A stretch of 64,000 nucleotides of DNA from Octopus sinensis (lineage: Eukaryota), in the NCBI RefSeq assembly GCF_006345805.1, contig NC_043016.1:12648001-12712000 (forward strand), given 5' to 3'. The stretch's first letter is position 1. Each line of letters starts with the position of its first letter. The position numbers were made by a program, and so were the translations under genes. This document shows, in pieces, positions 61,391-64,000 of the stretch. The notes under the pieces were generated by a model. It ran no database searches. It was not told the origin of the DNA and was given only the letters and a program-made list of their open reading frames with translations.

Positions 61391-63660
61391 TTCGGTCAAC
61401 ATACAGTTTGAGACCCGTTAACGGAAAAAAAATCCACCTCACTTGGTGTAAAAACAGTGTAGAAAGAAAACAAATATAAAAATAAAATTGCGCAAACGAA
61501 CGGGGGAGGGGCGGAGAGGAGTTTCGGAAAATTCACAAGATCTGATTTTCCCTTTGTGACTTTCAGGAAAATAGATATATAGGCACAGGAGTGGCTGTGT
61601 GGTAAGTAGCTTGCTTACCAACCACATGGTTCCGGGTTCAGTCCCACTGTGTGGTACCTTGGGCAAGTGTCTTCTACTATAACCTTGGGCCGACTGAAGC
61701 CTTGTGAGTGGATTTGGTAAATGGAAACTGAAAGAAGCCCGTCGTATATATGTATGTATGCGTGTGTATATGTTTGTGTCTATGTTTATTCCCACCCCAA
61801 CATCGCTTGACAACCGATGCTGGTGTGTTTACGTCCCCGTAACTTAGCGGTTCGGCAAAAGAGACCGATAGAATAAGTACTAGGCTTACAAAGAATAAGT
61901 CCTGGGCTCGACTAAAGGCGGTACTCCAGCATGGCCGCAGTCAATATGACTGAAACATGTAAAAGAGTAGTGAAATCTTATAGAAATACTGTTCAAATGG
62001 CACAAATTACAATTTTTAAGATATTTCTGGGGAAAATTTTTTCCCGAAGAGGTTTCCAAAAGTACTCTCCCCACGCCCACATTCGTTTAGTCAAACTTTT
62101 TTCATATTCTTTTACATCTAGTAGGCTGGGTTTCTTTTTGTTTTCGTTAACGGGTCTCAAACTGTATATTGACCCTAATTTCTGTCGGAGTTCACACGAT
62201 CCGTTTTCTTCCCCTCATAACTTTCAGGATCTAGCTTAGCGCCAGGTCACCAAAACGGAAAAAAAAACTCTATTGTAACGGGTGTAAAAAATAATGTATA
62301 GAAAACGAATATGAGAAAAAAAAATTACGCAAATGAATGGGGGGAGGCAGGCAAGTTATCCTTTCCTCTCTCGAATCGTTACCGTCAAATAATTACCAAC
62401 CAAGACGTAGGTGTATACATGTGTGTTTGCGCAAATTTTTATTTTCATATTCGTTTTCTTTCCGTTACACCAATTAGACTGGTTTCTTTTCGTTTTGGTG
62501 ACCGAGCGCTAAACTAGATCCTGAAAGTTATGAGGAGGAGCGGGGGGGGGTGTCGGACCGTGTGAACTTTCCGACAGTCCTCTCCCCACCCCTTCGGAAA
62601 AGCATTTCCCCACAAATTTGTTTATAATCGCAATCTAAGCTGCTTGAAATGTGTTTCTGTAAAATTTTATTCAAAGATATCCATTTTCCTGAAAGTTATG
62701 AGGAAAAAACCGGATCTTGTGAATTTTCCGAAAGTCTCCACCCCCCGTTAGTTTGTGCAGTTTTTTTCATATTCGTTTTTTACACATTTTTATTTACACC
62801 TATTAGACTTTTTTTTTTTCGTTTTGGTGACCGGGCGCTAAACAAGATCCTGAAAGTTATAAAGGAAAAAAACCGGATCTATGTTGTTTGAAAGGTGTTT
62901 CTGCAAAACCTCAACGAAAGATATCCATTTTCCTGAAAGTTACGAGGGAAAAAAACGGATCGTGAGAATTTTCCGAGTCTTCTCCCCATCCCTTCGGGGA
63001 AAAAAATTTCCCCAGAAATTTCTTTATAATAGTAATTTGTGTCATTTGAACGGTATTTCTATAAAATTTCATGAATATATATCCATTTTCCTGAAAGTTA
63101 AAAGGGGAAAATCGAATCCTGCGAATTTTCCAAAAGTACTCTCCCCACCCCCACATTCATTTTTTTTTTCTCTCTTTTTCTTTTTTACTTGTTTCAGTCA
63201 TTTGACTGCGGCCAAGCTGGAGCACTGCCTTTAATCGAGCAACTCGACCCCGGGACTTATTCTTTGTAAGCCCAGTACTTATTCCATCGGTCTCTTTTTG
63301 CCGAACCGCTAAGTAACGGGGCCGTAAACACACCAGCATCGGTTGTGAAGCAATACTAGGGGGACAAACACAGACACACAAACACACATATATATACATA
63401 TATCCGACAGGCTTCTTTCAGTTTCCGTCTACCAAATCCACTCACAAGGCTTTGGTCGGCCCGAGGCTATAGCAGAAGACACTTGCCCAAGATGCCACGC
63501 AGTGGGACTGAACCCGGAACCATGTGGTTGGTAATCAAACTACTTACCACAGAGCCACTCCTGCGCCTATAGTCAAACTTTTTTTCATATTCTTTTACAC
63601 CTAGAAGGCTGGGTTTCTTTTTGTTTTCGTTAACGGGTCTCAAACTGTATATTGACCCCC
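61391..63660. mobile_element. Modular foldback-like repeat with nested SINE A copies (61581-61970 +, 63180-63567 -)
   Basis: Modules atatccattttcctgaaagtta.., gttttggtgaccgggcgctaaac.agatcctgaaagttat and gttaacgggtctcaaactgtat.ttgacc recur in both orientations. Confidence 0.75.
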
Positions 63661-64000
63661 ATTTCTTCAAATATAATTTTCCTCTCATTTTTAAGTTCTT
63701 CTAGTTCTCTTTCTTCTCTCAAACATTTCAAAAGTTCTGACCGTGTTCTTTCTAAATCTTGAATCTTCGTTTTCATCTCAGCTTTTAACTTTTACATATT
63801 TTTCTTTTTGCTCTCTTATGCATTCTAAAACTATAGAATGTTTTGTTTTCCCAAATTTTGAAAATCGATTTCCATATCATCTTTTAGCTTTTTAGATATT
63901 TCTTTCTTCACTTTTATTCTAGAAGGGTTGAACGTGTTCTTTGCAAATCTAAATAAATAATTTTCTCCTCTCCATATTGTAGGTCTATGCGTTTCCTATG

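Overview
AT-rich, repeat-saturated animal genomic DNA. The SINE, MITE and microsatellite landscape matches what I recognise from Octopus (coleoid cephalopod) genomes; this is inferred, not proven. The only supportable host gene is the 3' part of BCKDK (branched-chain alpha-ketoacid dehydrogenase kinase) on the + strand, with four coding exons at 9629-9757, 10996-11085, 11205-11369 and 13042-13186. A SINE-poor stretch follows and may be a long 3' UTR. The rest is intronic or intergenic: tRNA-derived SINEs, decayed LINEs (three RTE lineages including BovB-like and Expander/Rex3-like, plus CR1-like and R4/Dong-like pieces), Tc1/mariner fragments, piggyBac-, pogo- and hAT-type MITEs, Helitron/Helentron-type non-autonomous elements, and micro- and minisatellites. 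Nearly all long ORFs in the supplied track are low-complexity artefacts. The most notable unexplained signal is a set of type I hammerhead-ribozyme motifs in apparently unrelated non-coding contexts. One is intact and sits inside a near-perfect 593-bp fold-back (44209-44801). Another lies in an adjacent 360-bp unit bounded by direct repeats that resembles a retrozyme or Penelope pseudo-LTR (43442-43877).
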